DNA from: Caedimonas varicaedens | GTDB lineage: Bacteria > Pseudomonadota > Alphaproteobacteria > Caedimonadales > Caedimonadaceae | NCBI GenBank assembly: GCA_001192655.1 | Contig: BBVC01000022.1 | Span: 1-32,000, forward strand | Reading direction: 5' to 3' | DNA: 32,000 nucleotides | Shown: positions 1-10,198 of the stretch, piece by piece | Layout: every line of letters begins with the position of its first letter | Numbering within the stretch: position 1 is the first letter of the stretch | Notes under the pieces: model-generated | Database searches by the model: none | Seen by the model: the letters and a program-made list of their open reading frames with translations, nothing else | What the model was told of the DNA's origin: nothing | Program-made: the position numbers and the translations under genes

Positions 1-133
1 TTATTCTCCAGACTTTAATCCCATCGAGCATAAATGGGCACAAGCAAAAGCAATTAGACGCAAAAAAAGGTGTTCTATCGAGCAATTATTTCAGGATAAT
101 AAAATATGACCGTTTTATATGTTGTTAGCTATA
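1..133 (+). mobile_element. IS630-family insertion sequence, 3' part (truncated by window edge)
   Basis: Reverse complement of 21725..21857, the end of the complete copy. Ends in the terminal repeat ...gaccgttttatatgttgttagctata at 133. Confidence 0.85.
2..109 (+). CDS. IS630-family DDE transposase, C-terminal fragment (partial at window start)
   Basis: Frame-2 translation YSPDFNPIEHKWAQAKAIRRKKRCSIEQLFQDNKI* is identical to the C-terminus of the 274-aa transposase at 21749..22573. Confidence 0.85.
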   Translation, partial: YSPDFNPIEHKWAQAKAIRRKKRCSIEQLFQDNKI

Positions 134-339
134 ATTTGGAAAAAATATTGTATAAGATATTTAAATATTCTATATTAACTATTCATTTTTAGATTTTTAG
201 AAGAAAATTAATAAAGAAAACCCATCATAACAGACAGATACAGAAGCATTCAATAAAGCTCAATCTTAAAATGATGTTATGATATTTTGGTCGACAACAG
301 AGAAAATGACTAAATTATGATATGTGGAAAGGAAATACA

Positions 340-1107
340 ATGAAGAGAATTTTTGCTTTATATTTATTCAATTTGGCATTAATTGCAACAAACACTAGCT
401 TTGCTACGTCTATTTTAGAAGAGGAATGTACGGCTGTTTTTAATGAGCTTATTCGAGTAGGGAAAATTCCTGAAGTGTTGCCTCAAGAAAAAGTCAGGGA
501 AATTCAGGGACAGGGGCGACAAAGAGTTCAAATTGACCAGAATCTGGTGAATGACGTTCAACGCAAACGTGAAGAGTTAAGACAAAACCATGATAACGGA
601 GGCATTTCTTGGGATGAGTATGGAAATGCAGACGAATTAGTGGCTGCAAAATTACCTGTTAGAGACATGAGAGATGAAAAAAAAGACTGTAATGAGACAG
701 CTCTGCACGCTAAATTAATCATACTGGCAAATCAGGCTTTGAAAAAAAGTATTGAATATAAATTAGGAGTAACCCTAAACGATGAAAATAGTTTAGATGT
801 AAAAGCCACTAATAAATTGGGCCAACAAGCTTTTACAGTCTCAAAAATTGAAGGAATTCAAAATAAAGAGGGAGATACGTATGGAGTTTACAGTAAAAAT
901 CCTAAGATTTTTAAATTTATGAAAATACATTCGGACTATAAACAAGGACAAACTTCTTTTGATTTTGAAATGCACGCGTTAGGTGCTTCTTTAATGTGCA
1001 CTGTTACAAGCTCATGGAGACTTTATGGTAAGTTTACAAACTATTATATCTTTAAAAATGGTAAGGTACGTGACCCAGCGGATATTTTATATTCTCTAAA
1101 AGATTAA
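340..1107 (+). CDS. hypothetical secreted protein (orphan, no recognisable family), copy 1
   Basis: ORF 322..1107. The ATG at 340 is preceded by aaagga 7-8 nt upstream. The N-terminus MKRIFALYLFNLALIATNTSFA looks like a Sec signal peptide. The upstream region is AT-rich. I recognise no motif. Confidence 0.6.
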   Translation: MKRIFALYLFNLALIATNTSFATSILEEECTAVFNELIRVGKIPEVLPQEKVREIQGQGRQRVQIDQNLVNDVQRKREELRQNHDNGGISWDEYGNADELVAAKLPVRDMRDEKKDCNETALHAKLIILANQALKKSIEYKLGVTLNDENSLDVKATNKLGQQAFTVSKIEGIQNKEGDTYGVYSKNPKIFKFMKIHSDYKQGQTSFDFEMHALGASLMCTVTSSWRLYGKFTNYYIFKNGKVRDPADILYSLKD

Positions 1108-1126
1108 TTTTGATCAACGTAGAACT

Positions 1127-1156
1127 CGTCTTAGGGAAAAGATTTTCCCTAGGACG
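1127..1156. terminator. hairpin between convergent genes (putative bidirectional terminator)
   Basis: cgtcttagggaaaa-gat-tttccctaggacg: 13-14 bp stem with one G-U/mismatch, lying between the stop at 1107 and the lpxB stop at 1216. Confidence 0.5.
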
Positions 1157-1215
1157 ACGATATTTGTAAAATACAGGCTATGTTTTGCCTGAAAAACAAA
1201 TGTCAAGATCGGTTG

Positions 1216-2346
1216 TTAACGTTTTACTAATCGTAAAATTTGATCCGCTGCGGTATCGCTGGGCATTCCTTTGAGAGGCGAAATAAGCGCTCGAATTTCT
1301 TTTAATTTTTCCTGCTGTGTTCCCTGCATTTCTTTTAGGATATTTTCTACAATATTTTCTGTTGTGCAATTTTCCTGTAACAATTCCGGCACGACACGTT
1401 GATTTAAAAGAATATTGACCAGGCATACATAGGGCGTCAAAATCAGACGTCGCATCACCCAAGCTGTCAGAGGATTAATTTTATAGGCGATTACAGTAGG
1501 TGTTTGAGTCAATGCCAATTCAAGAGCTACTGTTCCAGAAGCGGCCAGAGCAATATTGCTGGCAGCCATTGCTGCAATTTTTTCCTGGGGATCAGAAATG
1601 ATCCTGATGGGTAATGCTGAATCCTTGAGACGATCTCGAATGGACGACTCAAGATGAGGGACAACAGGCAAGAGGATATTAAGATCAGGAAGATGTGACC
1701 TTAAAAGTCTTAAAGACTCTACAAAAAGAGGTAGAAGCTTATCAACTTCTTTCTGCCGGCTGCCTGGTAAAAGACAGAGGAGAGGTTGCTCTTCTGTATA
1801 ACCATAACGTTGTCGGAATCCTTCCCTGCGCTGGGGAGAAATATCCATTTCAATCAGTGGATGTCCCACAAAAGTCGTGAAGAGTCCTTCTTTTTCAAAG
1901 TAAGGTGGCTCAAAAGGAAAAAGCGTTAGCAAGTGAGTCAGTAATTTGGCAGCTTTTTTGGCGCGCCCCGGGCGCCATGCCCAGACTGTGGGCGCTGTAT
2001 AATGAATGACGGGAAAGCCTTTCTTTTTAAGGCGTTTTGCAATTCTGAAATTAAAACCCGGAGAATCAATGGTCACAACGACGTCAGGACGTTTTTTAAG
2101 AATATCGTGCTCTGTTTCCCCAAGACGTTTCAGCAAATGAGGGATATGGGGTAAAACTTCAAAAATTCCCATGATGGAAAGATCGCTCATAGGGAACAGG
2201 CTACGTAACCCCTGCTGTTCCATGTGCATTCCCCCTATCCCAGAAAATGTGACATCAGATTTGCGTTGCAGAGCTTGCATCAAACGCCCCCCTACCTGGT
2301 CTCCTGATGCCTCTCCTGCAATAAGATAAACATGAATCATATCCAT
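1216..2346 (-). CDS. lpxB: lipid-A-disaccharide synthase
   Basis: 376-aa ORF. The N-terminus VYLIAGEASGD and the motifs IDSPGFN and LLPGSR are typical of LpxB. It is the last gene of the lpx cluster. Confidence 0.9.
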   Translation of the reverse strand: MDMIHVYLIAGEASGDQVGGRLMQALQRKSDVTFSGIGGMHMEQQGLRSLFPMSDLSIMGIFEVLPHIPHLLKRLGETEHDILKKRPDVVVTIDSPGFNFRIAKRLKKKGFPVIHYTAPTVWAWRPGRAKKAAKLLTHLLTLFPFEPPYFEKEGLFTTFVGHPLIEMDISPQRREGFRQRYGYTEEQPLLCLLPGSRQKEVDKLLPLFVESLRLLRSHLPDLNILLPVVPHLESSIRDRLKDSALPIRIISDPQEKIAAMAASNIALAASGTVALELALTQTPTVIAYKINPLTAWVMRRLILTPYVCLVNILLNQRVVPELLQENCTTENIVENILKEMQGTQQEKLKEIRALISPLKGMPSDTAADQILRLVKR

Positions 2347-2353
2347 TCTTTCT

Positions 2354-3190
2354 TCATGATTTTATCTTCAGTCCAATTAAAAAGAAGTCATTTTTGTCTG
2401 CAATTTCAACTATTTTCGGCAATTGATGGACAATAACACCACCCGCTTCCACGGCAATACCCCTTAAGCCCGCCTCAAGGGCATGGATGATTGTTTGCGG
2501 TCCTATGGTAGGGCGGTCAGCGCGTGTTTCCTGAAAGGGTTTAAGAATCTTTATCAATACCCCACCTGTTCCCTCGCGTTTTAAGAGCCGGCATCGCACT
2601 AAAAGCTGATCCGTCCCTTCAATCGCTTCAACACCCAGAACAAGACCTTGCTGAACAACAACAGCCTGTCCAATATCACATTTTCCCAAAGCCCTGATGA
2701 TTTTTAAACCATAATCAATGTCTCTTGTCGCTTGTTCATCGGGATGAAAGCGCCCCAACACTCCCTCGGGAACCAAGAGCTTTTCCCCAATAATCTCTTC
2801 AGCACCAACGACACGAAATCCTTCCGTTTCCAAGTTCTGGATAATAATTTTTAAAAGAGAGTCATCTCCAAAAATATTTTTTGCTGACTGGGCAAGCCAT
2901 TTTGCGCATAGGGCATCTGGCTTTAATTCTGTCCAAGAGGGTCTGTGAAATCGCCCCGCAAGAACCAACTCTTTAACCTGTGCTTCTTTTAAACCCTGAA
3001 TGGCTTCTCCCACTTTTCCTAAACGACCCATGATATGAGGATGTTGTAAATAAGTTTCAGGATCTGTTTGACCCGCATAGGCTAATACCAGGAAGGGCCG
3101 TCTCTCTGCCTGGCAGACTTTGATAATTTCTCTTGGAAGATCACCGCTTCCTGCAATAATGCCTAACTTGGGAGATTCAGAGGCTTTCAT
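2354..3190 (-). CDS. lpxI: UDP-2,3-diacylglucosamine pyrophosphatase LpxI (DUF1009 family)
   Basis: Lies between lpxA and lpxB, the usual position of lpxI in genomes that have it (it replaces lpxH). MKASESPKLGIIAGSGDLP is a typical LpxI N-terminus. I chose the start at 3190 (14-nt overlap with the lpxA end). The longer ORF to 3391 runs inside lpxA. Confidence 0.8.
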   Translation of the reverse strand: MKASESPKLGIIAGSGDLPREIIKVCQAERRPFLVLAYAGQTDPETYLQHPHIMGRLGKVGEAIQGLKEAQVKELVLAGRFHRPSWTELKPDALCAKWLAQSAKNIFGDDSLLKIIIQNLETEGFRVVGAEEIIGEKLLVPEGVLGRFHPDEQATRDIDYGLKIIRALGKCDIGQAVVVQQGLVLGVEAIEGTDQLLVRCRLLKREGTGGVLIKILKPFQETRADRPTIGPQTIIHALEAGLRGIAVEAGGVIVHQLPKIVEIADKNDFFLIGLKIKS

Positions 3191-3980
3191 GATCTTTTGG
3201 CACACATAAAGAGCGTGTAGATTCTGCGCGAATAAAATCGATGATCTCCATAACTCTGGGATTTTCAACAAATTTTTCTGCTGTTTTCTGAACGCGTTCT
3301 GCCAGCGTAAAGTCCTGGGAGAACAGGTTTTTATAAGCTTCCCGCAAAGTCTCGATCTCTTCTCGACCTGCTCCCCGACGTTTAAGACCAATCAGATTAA
3401 GACCATAAAGATTTGCCCGTTCTCCCTTAACGGCGCCATAAGGGATGACATCGTGTTCAACGGCGCTCATGCCGCCGATAATGGCGTGGGTGCCGATGCG
3501 GACAAATTGGTGGATGGCAGAAAGTCCGCCAATAATGACGTGATCTTCTACAATAACATGCCCAGCAAGCGTTGCGTTATTAGCCATAATCACACGATTT
3601 CCCAGAATACAATCATGGGCCACATGGGTGCTGGCCATCAGAAGACAATGATCACCCACCTCGGTTTTCATGATTCCCCCGGCTGTGCCAGCCTGAATGG
3701 TCACATATTCCCGAATGATGTTGTGGGCTCCAATGGTCAGGGTTGAAGGTTCGCCCTTGTATTTAAGATCCTGGGTTGGATGACCGATAGAACTAAAGGG
3801 ATAGATTTTTGTTTCTTTTCCAATTTTTGTGCGCCCTGCCAACGTCACATGAGAGATAAGCTCAACGCCGTCGTCCAGCTCAACCTGTTCTGTCAGGACA
3901 CAATAAGGGCCAATCCTGACGTTTTTTCCTATTTTAACAGATTTTTCAATAATCGCTGTTGGATGGATGGAAGAGACCAT
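3177..3980 (-). CDS. lpxA: acyl-ACP--UDP-N-acetylglucosamine O-acyltransferase
   Basis: 267 aa, starts MVSSIHPTAII, with hexapeptide (left-handed beta-helix) repeats. Position fabZ-lpxA-lpxI. Confidence 0.92.
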   Translation of the reverse strand: MVSSIHPTAIIEKSVKIGKNVRIGPYCVLTEQVELDDGVELISHVTLAGRTKIGKETKIYPFSSIGHPTQDLKYKGEPSTLTIGAHNIIREYVTIQAGTAGGIMKTEVGDHCLLMASTHVAHDCILGNRVIMANNATLAGHVIVEDHVIIGGLSAIHQFVRIGTHAIIGGMSAVEHDVIPYGAVKGERANLYGLNLIGLKRRGAGREEIETLREAYKNLFSQDFTLAERVQKTAEKFVENPRVMEIIDFIRAESTRSLCVPKDHESL

Positions 3981-3983
3981 TAA

Positions 3984-4451
3984 TTATGAATCCCCTGCGA
4001 CCATGGCCGTGCAAATTGTTTCAGCATGAACAACGCCATTGACTAGAGCTTCTCCTTTGAATTTCCAAATCGTTTTGCGATTCTGGATTTTTTGTACTCT
4101 GAGTTCCAATATATCTCCGGGAACAACAGGACGACGAAACCTTGCTTCTTCAATAGACATAAAATAGACGTGTCGCTGATTTTTCAGATTCATGCTGTAA
4201 CAAACCAGAATTCCTGCGGTTTGAGCGATCGCTTCAATAATCAAAACGCCCGGCATAATAGGATATTGTGGAAAATGACCCTGAAAAAAATATTCGTTTG
4301 CGGTCACGTTCTTAAAACCCACAGCACTTTCACTGGAAATAATTTTCTCAACTCGATCAACCATCAAAAAAGGATAACGGTGAGGGAGCATCTCCGTAAT
4401 TTCCTGATAGCCCAGCACAATACCCTTACTTACTTTTTCCTGTTCACTCAC
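3984..4451 (-). CDS. fabZ: 3-hydroxyacyl-ACP dehydratase FabZ
   Basis: 155 aa. [20 protein letters not shown] and PGVLIIEA are hallmark FabZ motifs. Confidence 0.95.
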   Translation of the reverse strand: MSEQEKVSKGIVLGYQEITEMLPHRYPFLMVDRVEKIISSESAVGFKNVTANEYFFQGHFPQYPIMPGVLIIEAIAQTAGILVCYSMNLKNQRHVYFMSIEEARFRRPVVPGDILELRVQKIQNRKTIWKFKGEALVNGVVHAETICTAMVAGDS

Positions 4452-5496
4452 GCGTCTTCTTCCTTTCTGCTGGAGATCGTTTTACCATACGGTTAAGCGT
4501 CGCAGTTTGACGCATAAAATCCTTGAGCGGAATAGCAGGACTGCCCAGCACAGTTTCGCCCTCGGGAATGTCTCTCATCACGCCAGATTGAGCACCAATG
4601 CGGGCGCCATTGCCGATGTCTAAATGTCCAATGATGCCTGCCTGGCCTGCAGCAATGACATAATTTCCTAATCGAGTGCTTCCTGCAATGCCGACTTGTG
4701 CAACCAGAACGCATCCTTTTCCCAAAACAACATTGTGTGCAATCATGACAAGGTTATCCAGGCGTGATCCTTGCCCAATGATTGTATCCCGCAAACTTCC
4801 TCGATCAATCGTCGCGTTTGAGCCAATTTCTACATCATCCTCGATAATGACTCTTCCTAATTGAGGAACTGTCACAAATCCTCTCTTATCCATGGCAAAG
4901 CCAAAACCTGCTTGACCTATCCGTACACCAGGATAAATTACAACGCGGCAACCAATAATGGCATGAGAGATCGTCACATTTTGCCCAATCCACGTGTGAT
5001 TGCCAATATCGACCCCGGCGCCAATCACAGTGTTTGCTCCAATTCGACAGTGTTTTCCAATCCTTGCTTTTTCCTTTACCACCACTCCATATTCAAGGAT
5101 TGTTCCTTCTCCTATTTGGGCTGTGGGGTGGGCAGGAGAAGTCATAGAGGACATCTGTCCCTCTGCCTGAGGATACAGTGCGGCAAGAGCAAGGCCAAAG
5201 CTTCGTTGGGGAGAGTCAGAAACCAATAAAGCTATTCCTTTTGGAGCAAGTTCAACGGCTGCGTGCTGAGTAAAACAAACGCCTGCCTTGCTGCTCTGAA
5301 AATCGTTCCTGTATTTCAGATTATGAAACAGAGAGATATCGGAAGGTGTCGCATCTTCAAGAGTCGCCACATTTTCAAAAGCCGAATCTTCAGTCATATT
5401 GAGAGGAAGGGGCATGACGATTTCTGCTCCGGAAACTTCAGAAAGCTTCTTGAGGCTAAGGGCGCCAGAACATTTATAAAAGCGTGGATCAATCAT
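4444..5496 (-). CDS. lpxD: UDP-3-O-acylglucosamine N-acyltransferase
   Basis: 350 aa with hexapeptide repeats. Position skp-lpxD-fabZ. 8-nt overlap with the fabZ start. Confidence 0.92.
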   Translation of the reverse strand: MIDPRFYKCSGALSLKKLSEVSGAEIVMPLPLNMTEDSAFENVATLEDATPSDISLFHNLKYRNDFQSSKAGVCFTQHAAVELAPKGIALLVSDSPQRSFGLALAALYPQAEGQMSSMTSPAHPTAQIGEGTILEYGVVVKEKARIGKHCRIGANTVIGAGVDIGNHTWIGQNVTISHAIIGCRVVIYPGVRIGQAGFGFAMDKRGFVTVPQLGRVIIEDDVEIGSNATIDRGSLRDTIIGQGSRLDNLVMIAHNVVLGKGCVLVAQVGIAGSTRLGNYVIAAGQAGIIGHLDIGNGARIGAQSGVMRDIPEGETVLGSPAIPLKDFMRQTATLNRMVKRSPAERKKTRE

Positions 5497-5509
5497 GATT
5501 GTTTATCTT

Positions 5510-6097
5510 TTAAGACCATTTTAAAGTGAGAGAGGGAAGTTTTTCATCCAATTTTTTCAGAAGTTCGTCTGTGATTTCAAGAGCATCTTCTCTAAAAATA
5601 ACAAAACTTCGTGGAATAACGAGTTTGTACTTATTTTCAACGGCGGCATCACGAATTAATAACAGGATCGTTTCCTGTACTGTTGTCATAGCCTCATTAA
5701 AAGCTGCTTCAAGCTGTTCACGGTGCTGGGTGGCTTTTTGGTGTACTTTTGCCAGTTTCGCATCAAATTCTTTGCGTTTTTCCGCAAATTCTTCGGACTT
5801 CATATCTTTTTGTTGTTCAACCAGCTTTTTATCCCACGCCAGAAAGAATTCTTCCTGTTTTTTCATTTCTTCCTGGAACTTGAATCGTTGAGTTTCCAGC
5901 TCAATTTGTACTTGTTTAGCCGCCTTGCATTCATGCAAAAGTTTATCAATATTGACAACAGCAATGTCATAAGGTTGGCCAGATTCCTTCGTATTTTTAT
6001 TTTCTGAAGAAATTTTCTGTTCTTGCCCAGAAATCGCGTTTCCAGAACAGACAAAAGTCGGGATAAAAGTGACCAAAATAAGCTGTTTGAAATTCAA
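5510..6097 (-). CDS. OmpH/Skp-family periplasmic chaperone
   Basis: 195 aa with a signal peptide and a K/E/Q-rich coiled-coil body. Lies immediately downstream of bamA, as skp does in most Gram-negatives. Confidence 0.8.
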   Translation of the reverse strand: MNFKQLILVTFIPTFVCSGNAISGQEQKISSENKNTKESGQPYDIAVVNIDKLLHECKAAKQVQIELETQRFKFQEEMKKQEEFFLAWDKKLVEQQKDMKSEEFAEKRKEFDAKLAKVHQKATQHREQLEAAFNEAMTTVQETILLLIRDAAVENKYKLVIPRSFVIFREDALEITDELLKKLDEKLPSLTLKWS

Positions 6098-6108
6098 CCT
6101 TTTCTCCT

Positions 6109-8379
6109 TTAAAAACGCGATGAGAATCCGAATAGCACAAATTGTGTCCGATCGCTTTTTTCTTTCAGAATGGCTTCTGCAAAATCAATCTTAATGGGGC
6201 CCATAGGAGATTTCCAGCGTAACCCAGCGCCCGCTGAAACACGCAACGATGGCTTATCAATAAGGTTAGGGCCTGTCAGCTTTGATTGCCAAACGCTTCC
6301 TGTATCTGAGAAAAGAGCGCCTTTTACGCCAAGCTCATTGGGAAGACCGATCGGGAAAGTAACCTCAAATCCGGCGGCATAGAATTGTTGCCCACCCAAG
6401 GGGTCCTTGGTCACTGTATCATGAGGTCCCACGCCCCCTGCCTCAAATCCACGTAAGGATTCTCCACCCAGGACATAGCGATCAGCAATACGCGTTTTTC
6501 TTCCCAACCCAAACATGATGCCGTACCGTCCTCTCACTTCAATAACGACATCGTCAAACACAGGATAATAATAAGCTCCCCTGATTTGGTTTTTCAGGAA
6601 AGAGATATTTCCGCCAAGACCTGCCAAATCATTGCCGAAACCTATAACGTATCCCATTGTTGGATTAATTTTACTGTCTCTTCGATCATAGGCAATTTCC
6701 TGGGAAACAGCAGACATCAATTTATTTCCTGCTTGCTCTCTTACATAGAGAGAAGCATTCTGGCGGATATGGTTAACATTATCAGTCTGAATACGATACC
6801 CCAAAACCTGAGAGAGATACTCGCTTAACTGATATCCCAAATTTATACTCACCCCATTAATTTGCTGGTCAAACGGGGCATCTTGAAAGCGAGTGCGAGT
6901 GACACGATAAATATCAAATCCTGCGGCTAATTCACGACCCAGGAAATAAGGTTCTGTAAAACCAATATCATATTCCTGACGGCGCTTGGCCAATGTCACG
7001 CCTGTGCGCAGGTCTTGTCCTTTTCCGCGGAAATTATGTTCAGCAAACTTGGCATCAATAAGGGGGCCATCCGCTGTGGAAAAACCTGCACCAAAGCTCA
7101 ACTCTCCCGTCCTCTCCTCTTCAACCTGAATGTCTAGATCCACCAAATCAGGAGCATTCCCTGGTTTTTTATTGATGGTCACTTTTTTAAAGAAGCCAAG
7201 ATCTTTAAGGCGTTTCTCTGAATCTTTCAAAATAGAGGTATTAAATGCATCACCTTCATAAAAACGCACTTCCCGTCGAATGACCTCATCATCTGTACGA
7301 TCATTCTGGAAAATCTGGATTTTATTCACATAGACACGGGGGCCTTCCTGAATATTGAAAGTAACGTTCAGAATATGACCTTTTTGATCTTTCTGGATAT
7401 CAGGCTGTACGTCAACAAACGCATAGCCCATGCTTCCCAAGGCATCCGTCAGAGCAGAGATCGTTTTTTCTACATCCTTGCTGCTGTACCAATCACCTGA
7501 AGAAAAAGTAATCACCTTTCGCAATGCGTTTAAGTTTACCTTTTTCAGGGATGTTTTAATGTCTACCTTCCCAATCTTGTAACGTTCTCCTTCATGAAGG
7601 GTAAAAGTAATAAAAAATTCTTTCTGATCGGGCGTAAGTTCAGCAACGGCTGATTTTACTTGAAAATCAGCATAGCCATGTTCGAGATAAAACTTCCGCA
7701 ATAGTTCACGATCATAGGCAAGGCGGTTGGGATCATAATTATCGTCAGAGGTAAAAAAGCGATACCAACGTGTTTCCTTGGTCTGGATTGTACTTTCAAG
7801 CTTGCTATGATCGAATTTCTTATTACCGATGAAGAAAATTTGACGAACAACTGTTGGCTCACCTTCCTTTATCTTAAAAATAACATCGACCCGGTTTTGA
7901 TCCCGCTGAATAATTTCGGGCGTGACAATTGCAGCAAAATGCCCTTTGAGGCGATAAAGATCCTGAATGCGTTGGGTATCATTGCGAAGGCGCGCCAAAG
8001 TATAGGTTTGTCGGGGGCGCAATTGAAGTTCAGTTTTCAGGATATCGTCCGATAATTTATCATTCCCCTCAAATTCAATTTGATTGACAATAGGATTTTC
8101 CTTCACTTGAATGACAAGCGTTGACCCGTCAATCCTGAGGGAAGCATCCGCAAAAAAACCTGTAGAATAGAGATTTTTCAGGGCTTTATCCAGATCTTCA
8201 TGGGTATATCCCTGTCCCATTTTTAGGTCGATTTGAGAGAGTATGGTTTCACGCTCAATACGAACATTGCCATCAATACGTATATTCTGAATATAAAATT
8301 GTTCTCCCGCCGCATTTGCTGGAAATATAGAAACACACGAAAAAAGGCTAAAAATAAACACCAGAAACAAATTTTTCAC
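6109..8379 (-). CDS. bamA: outer membrane protein assembly factor BamA
   Basis: 756 aa, GTG start, signal peptide, POTRA-like repeats (for example IQNIRIDGN and IVNQIEFEGN), a C-terminal beta-barrel and a terminal aromatic residue (FGFSSRF). Confidence 0.93.
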   Translation of the reverse strand: MKNLFLVFIFSLFSCVSIFPANAAGEQFYIQNIRIDGNVRIERETILSQIDLKMGQGYTHEDLDKALKNLYSTGFFADASLRIDGSTLVIQVKENPIVNQIEFEGNDKLSDDILKTELQLRPRQTYTLARLRNDTQRIQDLYRLKGHFAAIVTPEIIQRDQNRVDVIFKIKEGEPTVVRQIFFIGNKKFDHSKLESTIQTKETRWYRFFTSDDNYDPNRLAYDRELLRKFYLEHGYADFQVKSAVAELTPDQKEFFITFTLHEGERYKIGKVDIKTSLKKVNLNALRKVITFSSGDWYSSKDVEKTISALTDALGSMGYAFVDVQPDIQKDQKGHILNVTFNIQEGPRVYVNKIQIFQNDRTDDEVIRREVRFYEGDAFNTSILKDSEKRLKDLGFFKKVTINKKPGNAPDLVDLDIQVEEERTGELSFGAGFSTADGPLIDAKFAEHNFRGKGQDLRTGVTLAKRRQEYDIGFTEPYFLGRELAAGFDIYRVTRTRFQDAPFDQQINGVSINLGYQLSEYLSQVLGYRIQTDNVNHIRQNASLYVREQAGNKLMSAVSQEIAYDRRDSKINPTMGYVIGFGNDLAGLGGNISFLKNQIRGAYYYPVFDDVVIEVRGRYGIMFGLGRKTRIADRYVLGGESLRGFEAGGVGPHDTVTKDPLGGQQFYAAGFEVTFPIGLPNELGVKGALFSDTGSVWQSKLTGPNLIDKPSLRVSAGAGLRWKSPMGPIKIDFAEAILKEKSDRTQFVLFGFSSRF

Positions 8380-8417
8380 CGAACAACCCTCACATCAAAA
8401 ATTTAAGGCATACTGAT

Positions 8418-9542
8418 CTAGTTAAAGATATTTTTAAAAAACTCAAATACTTTCAAATGGGATAAATCATTCCATGTAGAAATCACTACCAGCAACATGA
8501 CAAGACTAAATCCGATACGATAGCCAGCTTCCTGAACTTTTTCGGAAACAGCTTTTCCACGAATGGCTTCTATAAAATAGAAAAGAAGGTGTCCGCCATC
8601 AAGCATAGGAACAGGGAATAGATTAATCAATCCCAAATTAATGGACAATAACGCTGTTAACCATATGAGGTCTACCAGACTTTTACGTGCCACTTCTCCT
8701 GTCAAATTGGCAATCCCCAAGGGCCCGCTCAGCCCATCTGTTGATTGATTGCCTACAATCATTTGCCCCAGATGAGCCAAAGTTTTTGCGCTGAAAGTGT
8801 AAACGTCTTCTACGGCATAAAAATAGGCGGTTAAAGGGGAACGTTTGACTTCATGATAGGAAGGGGTAATGCCCAGCCTTCCTATTTCATGGTCTCTTAC
8901 TTTTATTGCCTGGGGTGTTGCGCGAATCATCATCTTCTGTTCTTCACGCTGCACATGAAGGACAATTTCATGCCCTGGATTTTCCTGGATAATTTTCTGA
9001 AGCTCGACAAATGTTCCTGTTGTGATGCCATTAATATCCAGAATAAGATCACCTTCCTGAAGTCCAACCTGTTCAGCGGCGCTTTTGGGCATAATGTGAC
9101 CAATTTTCGTCTCCTCAGAAGGAATTTTTTGTCCCATAAAAATATAAAGTGTTCCAAAAAGGAAAATGGCAAAGAGATAATTCGCCAAAGGACCCGCTGC
9201 AGAAACAGCAATTCGTTGCCAGACTGTTTTATGAAAAAGAGAGACTTCTTTATCCTTTTCGCTCATCTCTTGAATGAGTGTCTGATCCGGTTGGCTTGCG
9301 GGGTTCAGATCGCTGAACATTTTGACATAGCCCCCCATTGGAATGATGCTGATTTTCCAGCGTGTTCCCACACGGTCTGTCCAGCCGAAAAGTTCAGCGC
9401 CAAACCCAATGGAAAACACCTCAACTTTTACACCATTCCAGCGCGCAACAAGGTAGTGTCCCAATTCATGGACAAAAACAAGAAGAGAAAGAACCAGGAT
9501 AAAAGGAATAATATTATAATAAACGAGGTTAATCAGAGACAT
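8418..9542 (-). CDS. rseP: RIP metalloprotease RseP (site-2 protease)
   Basis: HELGH zinc motif near the N-terminus, an internal PDZ-like segment and a C-terminal LNLFPVPMLDGG motif. I chose the start at ATG 9542 (374 aa). The ORF is open to 9641, and ATG 9554 is an alternative start. Confidence 0.88.
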   Translation of the reverse strand: MSLINLVYYNIIPFILVLSLLVFVHELGHYLVARWNGVKVEVFSIGFGAELFGWTDRVGTRWKISIIPMGGYVKMFSDLNPASQPDQTLIQEMSEKDKEVSLFHKTVWQRIAVSAAGPLANYLFAIFLFGTLYIFMGQKIPSEETKIGHIMPKSAAEQVGLQEGDLILDINGITTGTFVELQKIIQENPGHEIVLHVQREEQKMMIRATPQAIKVRDHEIGRLGITPSYHEVKRSPLTAYFYAVEDVYTFSAKTLAHLGQMIVGNQSTDGLSGPLGIANLTGEVARKSLVDLIWLTALLSINLGLINLFPVPMLDGGHLLFYFIEAIRGKAVSEKVQEAGYRIGFSLVMLLVVISTWNDLSHLKVFEFFKNIFN

Positions 9543-9745
9543 CCTATGATCCATTCTTAATAGTGATTTTTTAATTCTTGAAGTGTAAAGTCCCAAATGC
9601 GTTCGCGCAAGACAAATTAAAAGGAAAAACGATAAAATCAATCAAGGTTGCATTCTATCATAAAGTTTTATAAAGAAGCATTTGAAGATTTATGTATTTT
9701 TCCTGAAAATACCTGGAGAGTCAAACACGTAGGGGAAAATTAAAG

Positions 9746-10198
9746 ATGCGCCTTGCCCTTTATCAACCTGAAATTCCCCAAAACACGGGGACGCTTTTAC
9801 GACTTGGCGCCTGTCTGGGTGTTCCCCTTGATATTATAGAGCCATGTGGGTTTCCTTTATCAGATGCTGGCTTAAGGCGTGCCGGTATGGATTATCTCGA
9901 GCGTGCAAGCCTAACGCGCCATCAAGGATGGGAAGACTTTCTCAAAGTATGTCCGGGACGTTTGATTCTGATGACGCCCCATACTTCCCATTCCTTTCTC
10001 GATTTTATCTTTGAAAAAGATGATACCCTTCTCTTGGGTCGGGAAAGCTCTGGAGTTCCTGTCACAATTGTTCAACAAATCCAAATCCATCTCAAGATCC
10101 CCATGCTTCCCGATCGGCGTTCAATCAATGTTGCATTGGCGGGCGCCATGGTGTTAAATGAGGCCTTGAGACAAACAAAACTTTTCCCATCTCCATGA
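9746..10198 (+). CDS. trmL: SpoU/TrmL-type tRNA (cytidine/uridine-2'-O)-methyltransferase
   Basis: 150 aa. MRLALYQPEIPQNTG..LRL..PLDIIEP..G..D..LRRAGMDY matches the short TrmL/YibK architecture. Confidence 0.8.
   Translation: MRLALYQPEIPQNTGTLLRLGACLGVPLDIIEPCGFPLSDAGLRRAGMDYLERASLTRHQGWEDFLKVCPGRLILMTPHTSHSFLDFIFEKDDTLLLGRESSGVPVTIVQQIQIHLKIPMLPDRRSINVALAGAMVLNEALRQTKLFPSP

Noticed and set aside
223-283. 9-bp inverted repeat catcataaca / tgttatgat upstream of the secreted-protein gene
   Set aside because: It is too short and lies in very AT-rich DNA, so it is indistinguishable from chance.
3191-3391. N-terminal extension of the lpxI ORF (345 aa in the ORF track)
   Set aside because: The extension overlaps the lpxA coding region by about 200 nt in another frame. 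The family-typical N-terminus MKASESPKLGIIAGSGD begins at ATG 3190.
8853-9560. 235-aa ORF antisense to rseP (mirror copy at 12295..13002). Similar long antisense or alternate-frame ORFs lie inside lpxD, fabZ, skp, bamA and lpxA (for example 4092..4496, 4861..5229, 5526..5891 and 3453..3746).
   Set aside because: Each is wholly contained within a well-supported conserved gene on the opposite strand. Their composition is low-complexity or Cys/Arg/Phe-rich and they have no recognisable motifs. These are typical shadow ORFs.
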